DNA from: Octopus bimaculoides
Lineage: Eukaryota
Length of the DNA stretch: 64,000 nucleotides
Assembly: GCF_001194135.2 (NCBI RefSeq)
Contig: NC_068992.1
Span: 33,436,997-33,500,996, forward strand
Direction: 5' to 3'
How positions within the stretch are numbered: the first letter of the stretch is position 1; every line of letters begins with the position of its first letter. Made by a program: the position numbers and the translations under genes. Shown here one piece after another: positions 40,325 through 53,745 of the stretch. Below the pieces are notes generated by a model that was given only the letters and a program-made list of their open reading frames with translations, was not told the origin of the DNA and ran no database searches.

Positions 40325-40640
40325 GCAGGAATATTAGCTCAATAGTTAGAGCATTGAGCTCACAATCATGAGGTAGTGAGTTTGATTCCTGGACCAGGCT
40401 GTGTGTTGTGTTCTTGTAAGACACTTCATTTCATGTTGCTTCAGTTCATTCACCCATAGAAATGAGTTGTGACATCAATGGTACCAAGCTGTATCAGCCT
40501 CTTCCTTTTCCTCGTGTAACATCAGAGGTGTGGAGAAGGAAGGCTGGTATGCATGGGTAACTGCTGGTCTTCTATAACCAATTTTGCCTCAGAGGGGAAT
40601 TTTTTAGGTACAATCCCAAGGTCATTCATGACCGAAAGGG
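40325..40640 (+). mobile_element. tRNA-derived SINE related to family C
   Basis: tagctcaatagttagagc..gagtttgattcctggaccagg..gtgttgtgttcttg..acacttcatttca. Confidence 0.65.
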
Positions 40641-41139
40641 GTCTTTAGCCTTTACTGTTTCTAGTAACAAGTGTTTTGCAACATTTTAATATAGCTGAAT
40701 CCTTTATAGAAGACTTTAATTAAAATGTCCCTCGGAATAAGCCCTGTCAATGTCCATTATGTTGGCATGTTCACCAAATCATACTGGGTAAGCTGAATGT
40801 TGATTGGTTGAAATGTTTTTTTTCAAATAAGATAATGTAGATGCTACTTGCATCGGCAGTCCTAACCAGGCCATGATATCTAAGCCATACACTGATTGGT
40901 TGAAGTAATGTTTGTAAAATACAGCTTGCTGGACTGTACTGGAAAGCATTTAAAAGACAAATTCAAGCAACTCAATGCAGTTATCAATTGTGAAACATAA
41001 TTGTCAGTTATTGATTGCAGAGATCATAAAAGTACTTGTATTATTATAAAATGCAACATTATAAACTTGTGAAACATACAAACTAAAACGTAAAAATCTG
41101 ACTGTGCTGTAATTTCATTGATTTAATATATATTAATTA

Positions 41140-41304
41140 GAAAAAATGAATAGAAATGACTTTTCTGATAATTTTCCCACTTTAATAATTAGATGCTTAT
41201 GAGTTATTAGGGGTTTACAAAAGGTGTAAACCCCTAAAAACTTATAAACATTTAATTATTAAAGTGGGAAAATTATCAGAAAAGTCATTTCTATTCATTT
41301 TTTC
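41140..41304. repeat. near-perfect 165-bp palindrome
   Basis: ~80-bp arms around a 5-nt loop (aaagg); outer ~50 bp perfect, only 4 non-Watson-Crick positions. Confidence 0.95.
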
Positions 41305-41474
41305 AAATATATGATACTGTACCAAGGACTTTCTATTTCTTATTCTACTACATATATCTAAAATATATATATACATATACATACAATTTGAATACTACAA
41401 AAAATTCTATATATACACACAGTACTCCTTGTATGTATATATATATATGTGTGGGCTGTCTGTGTGTATTTACT

Positions 41475-41545
<71 letters not shown>

Positions 41546-41566
41546 ATCTATCTATCAGTCTATACA

Positions 41567-41647
<81 letters not shown>

Positions 41648-41665
41648 TCATCATCATCATCATCA
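41475..41665. repeat. compound (CTAT)n-(CT)n-(AT)n-(ATC)n microsatellite
   Basis: Seen directly; (ATC)n is the tail of the adjacent LINE. Confidence 0.95.
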
Positions 41666-43402
41666 TTGTTTAACGTCAGCTTTCCATGCTAGCATGGGTT
41701 GGATGATTTGACTGAGGACTGGCAAAACAGATGGCTGCACCAGGCTCCAATCTGATATGGTAGAGTTTGTACACCTAGATGCCCTTCCTAATGCCAACCA
41801 CTTCAAGAGTGTAGTGGGTGCTTTTACGTGCCACCGGCACAAGGGCCAATCACGCGGTACTGGCAACGACCATGCTCAAATGGTGTTTTTACATGCCACC
41901 TGCACAGGAGTCAGTCCAGCGGCACTGGCAATGACCTCGCTTGAATGTTTTGTTCACATGCCACCGGCACAAGTGCCAGTAAGGTGATGCTGTTAATGAT
42001 CACGCTCAAATGCTGCTTTTTACGTGCCACCGGCAGTGATCCTGCTCAGATGGTGCTGTTAGCGCTCCACTGGCATGGGTGCCAGTCATCGAATTTGGTT
42101 CAGTTACGATTTCACTTGCCCCAACAGGTTTTCGCAAGCAGGGATTTGTGTTCAAAGAAGGAAAGGTACACATAAGTGGGCTGGCTACACCCCTGATAAA
42201 GGCCACGTGTTATGGTCTCACTTGTCTTGCCAGGTCTTCTCACACACAACATATTTCCAAAGGTCTTGGTCACTAATCATTGCTTCGATGAGGCCTAATA
42301 TTCAAGGTTCGTGCTTTACCACCTCATCCCAGGTCTTCCTGGGTCTAACTCTTCCACAGGTACCCACAACTGCTAGGCTGTAGAAGTTTTTCACATAGCT
42401 GTCCTCATCCATTCTCGCCAAATGACCATACCAGTGCAATCGTCTCTCTTGCACACCACAACTGATGCTTCTGACATTACACATCCAGCGGAGCATACTA
42501 GCTTCATTCCTTGTGAACTTCCACATGTCCTCAGCAGTCACGGCCCATATTTTATTGCCATGTAGCATGGCTGTTCATACACACATGTCATACAGTCTGC
42601 CTTTCATTCTGAGCGAGAGGCCCTTTGTCACCAGCAGAGGTAAGAGATCTCTGAACTTTGCCCAGCTTATTCTTATTCTAGCAACTACACTTTCAGTGCA
42701 CCCTTCCCTGCTACTGACTTGGTCACCTAGATAATGGAAGCTATCAACTACTTCTAGTTTTCCTCCCTGGAATGTAGCAGAAGTTGTTCTCTGCACATTT
42801 TCAGTGTGTATTGCTCCTGAGCACCTGCCACATACAAAAACTATCTTGCAAGTTAGCCTTCCTTTGATGTTGCTGCACCTCTTATGTGTCCATAGTTTGC
42901 ACTGGGTACATCGTATACAGTTTCTACCTACGCCTTTTCTACAAATAGAGCAGGGCCATCTACTAGAAGGGGTTTGTGGTTTGTCTACCTTTCTACTTAT
43001 TAGGACTTTGGTTTCAGCTAGATTGACTCAAAGGCCCTTCGATTCTAATCCTTGGTTCCACACCTGAAACTTCTCCTCTAGTTCTGATATTGATTCAGCA
43101 ATTAGAGCAAGTTCATCAGCATAGAGGAGCTTCCAGGGGCATCCTGTCTTGAATTCCTGTGTTATTGCCAGGAGAACTATGATAAATAGGAGGAGGCTGA
43201 GGACTGAACCTTGGTGCACCCCTACCTCTACTCGGAATTCACTGTATTCATTGCCAACCCTCACCTTACTAATGGCATCCCTGTACATGGCTCGCACAGG
43301 TCTCACTAACCATTCATCTATCCCTAGTTTCTTCATTGACCAGCAAATAAGAAATTGGGGGACCCTGTCAAAAGCTTTCTCCATGTCAACGGAAGCCAGG
43401 TA
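41645..43402 (-). mobile_element. RTE-clade LINE, 5'-truncated within RT
   Basis: LASVDMEKAFDRVP..GVHQGSVLSLLLF..LLYADELALIAES..; zinc finger; 3' UTR and tail. Confidence 0.93.
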
Positions 43403-44790
43403 CACCAACCATGCACTCCATTTATTCAACTCTTCCTCCTTCCCGCCTGGTCCCTCTAAACTTCTCTTCACTCTCGATATACAGAGCCTTTACACGGTGA
43501 TCCCTCACCACAAGAGGCTGTGTGCACTCCAGCATTTCTTTGACCTTCGACCCAACCTCCAACCTGACACATCCACACTCGTTCATCTGGCTTAACTTGT
43601 CCTCTCACTCAGCTGGTTCTTGTTCGCTGGTGATTTTTACCTTGTCAGAAGTGGACATGGGAATGAGAATGGGCCCCAACTATGTGAACCTGTTTATTGG
43701 CTATGTTGAGGCCCATATATTCTCAGGTTTCACTGGTCCCAATATACTGGTCCATTATATTGACGATTGTATCGGTACGACCTCACTCTCCTGTTAACAT
43801 CTAGACTCCTTCCTCTTTTATGTCAAACCTTTCCATCCTGCCCTCCACTTCTCCTGCACTATCACTGACACTTCTGTCTCCTCTTTTGACATTTCGATCA
43901 GCATTCATCACTCCACTCTCACCACCTCCATCCACTACAAACACACAGACTCACACTCATACTTCAACTTCTCCTCCTCCCATCCTAAACACACCAAGCT
44001 CTCCATCCCCTATTCCCAATTCCTTTGTCTACGCAGGCTCTGCAATGACAACCGTGACTTTGAGACTCAGTCTCAACTCATGGCTCACTACTTCATCCTA
44101 CATGGATATCCCCTCACCACTATCCACACCGGCCTTGCCAGAACACACTCCATGGACCATGCATCTGCTCTCCCCCCCCCCCGCACTTGTCCTGCCATCT
44201 CTCATCTCCCATTTACCTTCTCCTACCACCCTACCACCCTACCTCTCCAACACACCATTCTCCGAGCCTTCCAGTGACTCCAGTCTGACCCCTCCACTTT
44301 GCACATGTTCCATAACTGACCCCTCTCTTCTTTCAAACGAGACCTCTTGGTCCACAGCTTCTTCCCTAACCCAACCTCCCAAGCCAGCTCATTCCCCTTC
44401 TCCTGCCCATACTGCGCACTTGCCCTTACCTCTCCAACACCACCCTCCTCACCAGCACCCATCATCAGCCCTATCATTTCACCGACTCCTTATCCTGCAC
44501 TTCTAACAATGTCATTTACTGCATCTCCTGCTCTCTCTGTCCTTCTCTATACATCAGGCAAACAGGACATCACTTGGCTTACTGGTTTGCGGAACACCTC
44601 CGAGACATCCGACTTGGCAATGACAACGCGGCCTCATGCCATTTCTGCTCTACCGGTCACTCTTTGCAACTCCTGTCCATGTTCGGATTGTCCTTGCACA
44701 GGGGCCATATGGACTCCCGTCTTCGCCGCGAACAGGTATTAATCTTCTCTCTTCACTCCTTTGCACCACATGGGCTCAACTCTCCTCCCC
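43403..44790 (+). pseudogene. C-rich Neptune-like PLE: RT plus GIY-YIG, decayed
   Basis: LFTLDIQSLYTVIP; MGMRMGPNYVNLFIGYVE; HYIDDCIG; FAEHLRDIR..HF..HS..RREQVLIFSL..PHGLN. Confidence 0.9.
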
Positions 44791-45419
44791 CTTCATCTAA
44801 CCCTTCTCTCCTCTCCTCTCACACCTACTTCCTCCCACCCACCTCTCCTCTCTTGCTCCTATTTCTTCTCTTCACTCCTACCCACCTTCTCCCTTCCTCC
44901 TCTCCCCTCATTGTCACCCCTCCCTCGTAACCCCACCCCTACACAATCTAACCCCACCTACCCTNNNNNNNNNNNNNNNNNNNNNNNNNNNNNNNNNNNN
45001 NNNNNNNNNNNNNNNNNNNNNNNNNNNNNNNNNNNNNNNNNNNNNNNNNNNNNNNNNNNNNNNNNNNNNNNNNNNNNNNNNNNNNCATCCCATCCCACCC
45101 TCACCCCATCTCTTACACCCACTCCCACATGCCCCCTCTACCCCCACATTCAACCTAACCCACACCCCACCCTTTCTTTCCCCACATCCCAACACCACCA
45201 CACCACACCACATACTACCACACCACACACCACCACACCACCCTACCACACAACACCATATCACATCACACCACCTCACACACACTAGCACTGACCACTT
45301 CCCACACCCACACCATCATCCACATACCTACACATGCACACACACACACACACAGATCAAGGTCACCAGCCCTCTTCCACAAGCACATACATGCTCTCTT
45401 ATACACATGCACACGCACC

Positions 45420-45690
45420 TTCAATCTATTATCTACTTTATTATCTCCCCTAGTTCCTAGCTCTCCTGTGTGACCCCCACTGTCCAGCATTTACCATGAT
45501 AGATCACTAGCCATTACACATTCTTTATTTTCTCTCCCTGTTTCTTTCTGTGTTCCTTTCTGTGGATGAGCGTAGGCTTGAAATGTTAAAGACTTTTTCA
45601 CTTCCTGACCATTAAACTAATACATCTGTTTGTTGTCTACACCAGCTGTCTTCGTCTTTTGTTTTTTTTTGTGAATTCTCTCCCTATACA
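45420..45690 (+). repeat. PLE terminal repeat (pLTR) with a decayed hammerhead-like core at 45555-45592
   Basis: Homologous to the reverse complement of 63840-64000; lies 3' of the 43.4-kb PLE. Confidence 0.65.
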
Positions 45691-47799
45691 CACACACACA
45701 CACATATATATGTATGTATGTATGTAATGTATGTATATATACACATTTAATTTGGTAAATAAATAGTGTGTATTAGGTTAATAGTTAGGAAAAATATGAG
45801 AAGTCTTTTATTTTAAGTGCTTATGCTTTTCTATAGTAAGAATAGAGAAGGAAAAACACAAGGGAGAGAGAAAAGAACAAATGTGACTCAATTAGATGAT
45901 CACCGCATACTGAAATGACCAGCAGTAGAAATAGGTTGATAGTGGTATGAGTAGCATGAGGAGCAATGCTGAGGAGTAAACTGAGGTGTGAGTGGCAAGG
46001 GGAGCAACTCTGAACTTGGTTTATATGTGTGTAAGAGGGAGAAAGAGTAAGGGGACTATCTAATCTAATAATGTATTTCTTTTGTTCATTCTCAAACAAA
46101 CTCAACATATTTTAATGATTGGCTAGATCAGTATACACATTCATATTGAGGTGAGGTGAAAAATTCTGATGAGCTGAAATTAATTAGAAACCAAATTTAG
46201 GCAATAGAGTGGAGTGTAAGTCTAATACTAACAGTATAGGGAGAACTCTGAACATGATTTGGTCTCAGTAGACCTCTTCAGCAAACCACAGTCTTTACCA
46301 GTACAGCCAAATAAGGATGAGGTGAGAGACGTCCTTTTATTATTATGTGGTTTAATAACTTGAAATGTATTGTTGCAAGCCAAGAAATTTTAATTAATTA
46401 ATATTCAGCTAATAATAAGGAGAAGCAATTATTAGCTTGCTGATCAATTCTGTATGTTAGCACCAGTCTTGCAATTTGAATTTCATGCTGAGCATATCCA
46501 TTATATTTTTTGCAATGCCTGACATGTTTTAAACAGATCTACTATATTATAATTTGTTGTAGTCTTCCCATTCTGTTTGTTGCTCCACTCACTCTTCTAA
46601 TGCAATGTGCTATCTGACATGCATTGTTCCTACTACTGCTGCCTGATTTCTTGGACTTGTGTGGTAGTCTGATATATTTATTAAATAAATGTTGACTATG
46701 AAGCATATAGGATGTAATATAAATATTATTTTATGAAAATCTCTTTCTCTATTCGTTTCTTCCTTTCATTCTACTTCTCTGTCTACTTCCACTTTCTCTT
46801 ACACTTGGCTACTTTTATTTGAGCATAACAATTTTCAAATAAAAACATGCTATAGAAGGAGAGAGTGGGGATAAGAGAAAGAGGGATTTACAATATACTA
46901 AATACCAAAAGACTATTTATTTTACATCCTAACTGTAATAATTTTATTTGGATATTTATGGAGTCCAAAAAAACATAATGGTCTGCAGCCCATTTTACAT
47001 TTATCTGTCTACATAACATCATCATCATCATCATCATTTTACCATATGTTTTTCTATACTGTCATAAGTTGGGTCTATAGTATGACATGCAAATACTTTT
47101 CTGAATCTAGTATCATCTTGCTTGTGAGACTTATTATCTATAGTTCTGACCTCTCCATTATTTATCACATCTTCATTTGCTATGAGTATCCTCTGCTGAC
47201 ACCACACATCACTTTTTCATCCAGCATTTATTGTCTATTTACATCACATGTCCATAGCAACACAGTCATATTTCCTGCATATATTAACTGATGCATCTAC
47301 TACCCACTCATTCTCTCTCTCTTCCTCTCCCTCTCTCTCTTATTTGTACTTCAACTTATATTTTATGTAATATTACATCTCTGTCAGTTCATATTTCATT
47401 CACTTCTCTTTTGTCACCACTGGTCTTTTACATTCTTACACATGGGTAATACATAATTATCAATCTTCCATAATCTGCATGCAAATTAATATAATGTTTT
47501 TATCAGAATATAATGCTTCAGTTTCAAATTGAAAGAAAGTCAGTCTATTTATGGATTAGTCAGCAAAGGAATGGCAGCATCTATAAACTCTTGTTGGAAT
47601 CTAAGATTGGTAGGGAAAGGTGGAGCAAACCACTTGACTTATGAGTTACTCTTAATTTGAAGACCTGCTTCAAATTTTCACAACACAATGGACTCTTCTA
47701 AAAGCATCCTAACACCATATAGTTGTGTTAAATGGATGACAGATTAAGGCTACTGCCAATATGTTACAGCAATATTATAAACAACACATTGAAGGCAAC

Positions 47800-47990
47800 A
47801 AGTTGGCAGAATTGGCAGAATTGGCAGAATTGGTAGCATACATTTTGAGTTCAAATTCCACTGAGGTTGACTTTGCCTTTCGTCTTTTTGGGGTCAACAA
47901 CATAAGTACCAGCAGAGTACTGGAGCCAATATAATTAACTTACTCCCTTACCCAAAATTGTTGGCTTTGTGCTAAAATTTGAAATCATTA
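47800..47990 (+). mobile_element. SINE family B
   Basis: ggcagaatt x3..gagttcaaattcc..ctttgcctttcgtc..ggggtc. Confidence 0.7.
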
Positions 47991-49079
47991 TTATTAGCAA
48001 CACATAATCACATTGAAATATATTTCTAAATCACTTAGGAAATAATCGCAAATTTTTGTTGTTCATGTTAACTCCCAAGTCACCCCTTATCCAGTGAATG
48101 CTGTTTCAGCTATGGCAATCCTCATCCTTTTTATTTTTTTGTTTTTCAATCAGTGAGTTTCTAAAACAATATTTCCCCAGTATTTTATATTTTTAAGAGT
48201 GTAGTGTAGAACCCAAGAGATATTTGGTTTCTATTTCTAGACTGTCAGATAACCATATAGATGCTTCTTTGTTAACTTGAATCATAAGTGCACTGGATTG
48301 GAACAAATTGTTTAATTTATTTGAGCTTCATAAAAAAACAACAACCATCACACAATAACATACTATGAAAAGAAATATTGGGAATAGCAATGCTATGATG
48401 TGTCGCAACTTTAACAAATCACTGTGATCGCTTCCTTTATCACATTGGACAAAGAAGTTGAATAAGTATCGAATATAGATTTATTAGTTAGATTCTTTTT
48501 CATCTTTTTAACTTTTAATGTTTTCATTAATGCTTAATGTTTTCATGCTGGGGTAATGCTTTCAAGGATTTTTAGTTGCCTATATTGGCCCCAGTATTTT
48601 GTCTGGCAATTATTTCATTGTTCTCATAATATATGAAATATTAAGTGGATATTAGTGAAAGTTTTGATAACTCAGTTAGATGCAAATACTGCTGGATACT
48701 TCTGTTCAAATGTACCAGTTCTTGCCTATGCCATTGTAAACATTCCACACGCGCGCACACACACACATTGAAACATTGATGTTCATCATAAAATGCAAGT
48801 TACAAATCAATGCTATGGTAGAAAGATACTACTTAAGATGCCAAAATCTTGAATAACATGGCAGCCAAGTAAACTGCTAAACCATACATTCATGCCTTCA
48901 TAAAAAATACTAAAATACAAACTGTAAAATGCATCAAGTTTCTTAATAGCATTTGTATTCTAATAATCATGAACTGCCCTCCTGGCCTCAGTACAAGCAA
49001 ATTCTTTACTTTTTTATTGTCCTCCCCCTCTCCCCCTCCTCCTCATCACCATCACCATCACCATCACCATCACCATCAC

Positions 49080-49270
49080 CATCATCATCATCATCATTTA
49101 ATGTGTGTCATACATGCTGACATGAGTTGGATGGACTTGACAGGTGCTGGCAAGCCAGAGGACTGCACTAAGTTTCCCTGTCTGGTTTGGCATGGTTTTT
49201 ACAGGTGACTGATTTACTTAATGCCAACCACTTTACAAAGTGGACTGGGTGCTTTTCATATGGCGCTAGT
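49080..49270 (-). mobile_element. RTE-type 3' tail fragment behind (CAC/CAT)n
   Basis: catcatttaatg..ttaatgccaaccactttacaaagtggactgggtgctttt. Confidence 0.6.
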
Positions 49271-49273
49271 ACT

Positions 49274-51480
49274 TTTTATTATTATTATTATTCAGTAGTT
49301 TTATTTTTATAGCATGCTTTCACTTCACTACCGAGTGCAGCTCTGTGTGCCTTGGGTATGTGCTGTGGTTTTCTGTGATGATCTTATGGTTACTGAATTG
49401 AAAGTGTTTTGCGTAGGATGTGTGCAGTGCCCAGTAGTGCAATTTTCTGTATGTTATAGATACTCGTAAGTCCTGGTATTTTTGTTATGTTTTTATTTGT
49501 TTGAATATTTTTTTTATCATACCTAATGTGCCTACTATGATAGGAATTGTTTCTGTTTTTAGATTCCACATTCGAGTTACCTCTATTTCCAGGCCTTTGA
49601 ATTTTGAAAGTTTCTCCATTTCTTTTAGGGAAACGTTGTCATCTGCTGGTATTGATACATCAATTAGAAAGCATTTCTTTTCTTCATGATCTCTGACAAC
49701 TATATCTGGCCTATTGACCTTAATTTCTCTATCTGTGTGCATTGGCATGTCCCATAGTATGGTTGCTTTCTCGTTTTCTGTTACCTTTTCTGGCGTGTGT
49801 TTATACCATCTTTTTTTCTGTTGTTATTCCATAGTGTTGGCATAGCTTCCCGTATATGTAGGTCCCATCTCTGTCGTGTCTGTGAATATATTCCTTCTTA
49901 GCTAGGACTGGGCAGCCAGAGATAATATGATTTATTGTTTCTTGTCCATCACCACATATTCTGAAGTTACTTGTTATGTTTCTTTTCACCAGAAATTGCC
50001 AATTGTTCTTGGCAATTTCTGGTGGGGAGGCTTTGGTCTTGTGCAGCAATTAAAAATCCTTCAGTCTCTACTTTGAGTCCTGAGCTTCTCAACCATTGCT
50101 GGGATTTTTCTCTGTCTATTTCTTTTGCATTTATTTTAGCCCAGTATTTGCCACGAAGGGGCTTTTCTTGCCATCGTTTTATCAGTCCATTGCTGTTCTA
50201 GTTTTAGTTTGGATTTCATTTGTTTTATGGCTTTTCTTCTTCTTCTTCTTCTTCTTCTTCTTCTTCTTCTTCTTCTTCTTCTTCTTCATATTTGTTAGGT
50301 AGTATGATTTCTTGTTTGTATTTGTCAGCTTCCTTAAATACTGAAAACAGCTTTTTGTTTTGCTCGTGCTTTGTGGCTATTTGTATTAGTTTTCCTTGCA
50401 TCTGAAGTAGGTATTTTTGCAGTCCTATGGGGGTTATTTTATAATAGTTTTCTAGCTGTATAAGGCCTCTGCCATCTTTTGTACGTTGTGTGTATATATA
50501 GCCTTTCTAAGTCAGATTTTGGGTGGTGCATACTAGATCCTGTCATTATTTTTCTTGTCTATTTTGGTGAGTTCATTTAGTGTCCAGTTAAGGATATTGT
50601 AGCTGTAACTTATAACTGAGACAGCTAAAGTGTTAATACCTATTATCTTGTTTTTAGCATTGAGCTCTGTTTTTAGTATTGAGCTAACTCGTCTATAGCA
50701 TTCTTTCTTTATTTTCTCTTTCATTGGTGTGTGTTGTATCCTATCTAGTTCATTGATTCCTAAATATGTGTATGTCTGGCTTTGGTCTAATTCTCTTATT
50801 TCATTGGCTTTATCTAGAGTGATGTTGCTACTCTTAACTAGTTTTTCTCTTTTCAGGGTTGCTTTGGCACATTTTTCTAATCCAAATTCCATATCTATTT
50901 CTTTGGTAAATCCATGTACTGTCTGCAGTAGTGTTTCCAGCTATTTATCATTTGTAGTGTATAGTTTTAGGTCATCCATATATAAAAGGTGGCTGATTGT
51001 TTTGCCGTAAAATTTGTATCCACATCCAGTTCTATTTAGCTTGTCAGATAAAGGTGTCAGTGCCAAGCAGAAAAGGAGTGGAGAGAGCGTGTCTCCCTGG
51101 AATATTCTTCTTCTAATGGGGATGGCTTTGTGTTGTATTTCCCTCGGAAGACTCGTAGAGATAACACAACAAGTTGTACAATTTAATTATTACATTTATT
51201 ATTCAATTACATACAAAGAACGCACTCACCCAATGTTCGTTATAAATAAACAAAAGTCATGTCCGCCATATATATATCAATGACATTTTACTACGACAGT
51301 CACACAAGACAACAACAATGAAACAATGAACTCAGACGAACCACGGTGACACACGGAACGTCAAACAAATGACATATCCAACAGTCCATATAACACTTTG
51401 GTTTTCATGAGTCCCTCTTTTGTTTGGAGCTGTAGCACTGTCTGCCATTTATTCATAGAGTGTCTTATGTATTTTGTTTA
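49274..51480 (-). mobile_element. R4/Dong-clade non-LTR retrotransposon (RT, CCHC, restriction-like endonuclease), 5'-truncated
   Basis: IFQGDTLSPLLF..LYMDDLKLY..MEFGLEKCA; CRICG..ETINHIISGC; RPDIVV..LIDVSIP; (TAA)n on both flanks; internal (CTT)n at 50232-50290. Confidence 0.92.
51131..51395. mobile_element. solo LTR (265 bp) with 5-bp TSD
   Basis: CTTTG|TGTTGTAT...ATATAACA|CTTTG; removing it and one TSD copy restores the R4 RT frame (EGLMKTKAIPIRR). Confidence 0.9.
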
Positions 51481-51508
51481 TCATCATTATTATTATTATT
51501 ATTATTAA

Positions 51509-51539
<31 letters not shown>

Positions 51540-51544
51540 CATGA

Positions 51545-51760
51545 AGGTAGCAAGCTGGCAGAATCTTTAGTACACCAGGCAAAATGCTGAGCAGTATTTC
51601 AACCATCTTCATGTTCTGAGTTAAAATTCTGTCAAGGTTGATTTTGCTTTTCATCTTTTTGGGGTCAATAAAATAAATACCAGTAAATCATTGGGGTCAA
51701 TGTAATCAAATATCCTCTCTCCCAACTTTCAAGCCCTGTGCCTATAGTAGAAAGGATTAA
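51545..51760 (+). mobile_element. SINE family B
   Basis: aggtagcaagctggcagaatc..gagttaaaattc..ggggtcaataaaataaataccag. Confidence 0.75.
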
Positions 51761-52299
51761 TAACATTCAGTCAATCGATTAATCAGCAAGATTTGTCAAA
51801 AATCCTTTTGTTGCCATTTATGGCCTCATCAGTGCCATGTCTGTTTGCTTCAGGTGTGTCTGCATGTGTGTATCGTTGGCATGGTGATCCTCCTGAGATA
51901 CAAAATGTTTCAACACATAAGTTTGAAAATCTTGTAAATGAAATAGAAAAACAAAATATGTGTGTGTGAGAGAGAGAGAATCATCTTAATTTCTATCTAA
52001 ACACGTTCGACAACTAGCACCACAATCAAAACAAATTTAATATCAGTTTAACTTAATTGATACAAACCAAGCTGGTTCTCTGATACAAAATTTTACTTTA
52101 AATAATCCACATTTAAATTAAAAGCTTCTACAAGTAACTGAATTAGTGGTTTTAGTCAATCCCTCCAAATTAATTGATTTTATTCTCAAAATTAGTTGGA
52201 GCACATCTTATGTGAAGTTGATACCTTTAATCATAGACCCCAAAATTTCCTACTTTGCCCTCATTGTATATCCTTTATTCTTATTATCTCTCTCTCTCT

Positions 52300-52700
52300 C
52301 TCTTATCCTTTATTTTTTTTCTTGCTTCAATCATTGGACTATGGCCATGTTGGGGCACTGCCTTGAAATGTTTAGTTGAACAAATTGACCCCAGTACTCA
52401 AGTATTAGTTTCGGCACTTATTCTATCAGTCTCTTTGCTGAGCCACTAGATCACAAGGACATAATCAAACCAACACCAGTTGTCAAACAGAGATGATAAG
52501 ATAAACACAAGCATAAAGACACATGCACACACACTCATAATAGGCTTCCACACAGTTTCTGTCGACTAGATTCACAAGTCATTGGCTGGCCCAGGGCTAT
52601 TGAAGAAGATATGAACCCAAGGTAGCATACAGTTGGACTGAACCCAAAGCCAGGTGATTGCAAGTGAGCTTCTTAACTATACAACCATATCTGTGCCTCA
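52300..52700 (-). mobile_element. SINE family A (decayed)
   Basis: Both halves are recognisable in reverse orientation. Confidence 0.7.
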
Positions 52701-53665
52701 TTTTTGAGTAAAGATCTTAACTAACCCAATGCCAACAATGTATACAGCCTCTATTATTATATGGTCAGCTGGTTCTAATTTGATTTAATTTTTCAACACC
52801 AGAAATTTACACATCTTTTTATCAAAAGATAGCATTTACTCTTTTACTGCAGAATCATTCAAAATTTCATCAACCTTTACTGCATAAAGTATTTTTATAT
52901 ACCAATCTATCTTTTGTCAAGGAATGTCATGTTTGAAACTATCTTTTGTTGAGATATTTCAAATTTATTGACTTGCAGAAAATACCATTTCTTTTTTTTG
53001 GTAGATACTTAACATCATTACTAGAATAACCATGGACATTAATTTTGCAGTTGAAGGGTTAATAAGCTGAAGCCTTCGCTCTCTGCCTTTAACCCTGAGC
53101 TTTGTAGCCACTGATGGGTGTGCTTTTGGTCAACATCAGCTTGCTAGGGGCTACTTAATTGCATCTGTTCTCACTAAACAGTGACGTCTGTGCAGATTTT
53201 CCTTGATCACAGTAACTGCTTAATACTGAATTTAAATTTACACATTTCTTGTATATACCATTCTGACCAATTATTAATTTCAATCTTAGTGGTAACCCTG
53301 TTAGTTATCAGTGTTTTAATCAATGCTGTTTGGTAATTTTTAAGTAGTTCTTCACCAGATTCTGTAATGTGAATGTAGCTGTCAACTTTGTGTATTCATG
53401 AACATCTTATTATTGAACTGTTGTGGTATGAAATAAAGTGTGTGCAGATATATAAAGAAACTCTGAATCATGGTTCATGACTTTCTGTACACAAAATAAT
53501 TTGCAATAAACTTTTAAACAAACTCGAATTTACTTTAGTTCTCTCATACCAGGTCAGTAAAAATATCACACTTAACTTTCTCAATGGTTATGTTCTTTTA
53601 AAAGGGCTGCTGCACAGAAATTATGATAATGTTGGTGAAGAGGAAATGTAGGAGGAAAATGAAAA

Positions 53666-53680
53666 GATGATGACGACGAC

Positions 53681-53743
<63 letters not shown>

Positions 53744-53745
53744 AT
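53666..53745. repeat. (GAT/GAC)n microsatellite
   Basis: Seen directly. Confidence 0.95.

Noticed and set aside
44790-45350. Pro/Thr/His-rich ORFs 3' of the PLE
   Set aside because: C-rich low-complexity sequence and (CACAC)n around a gap.
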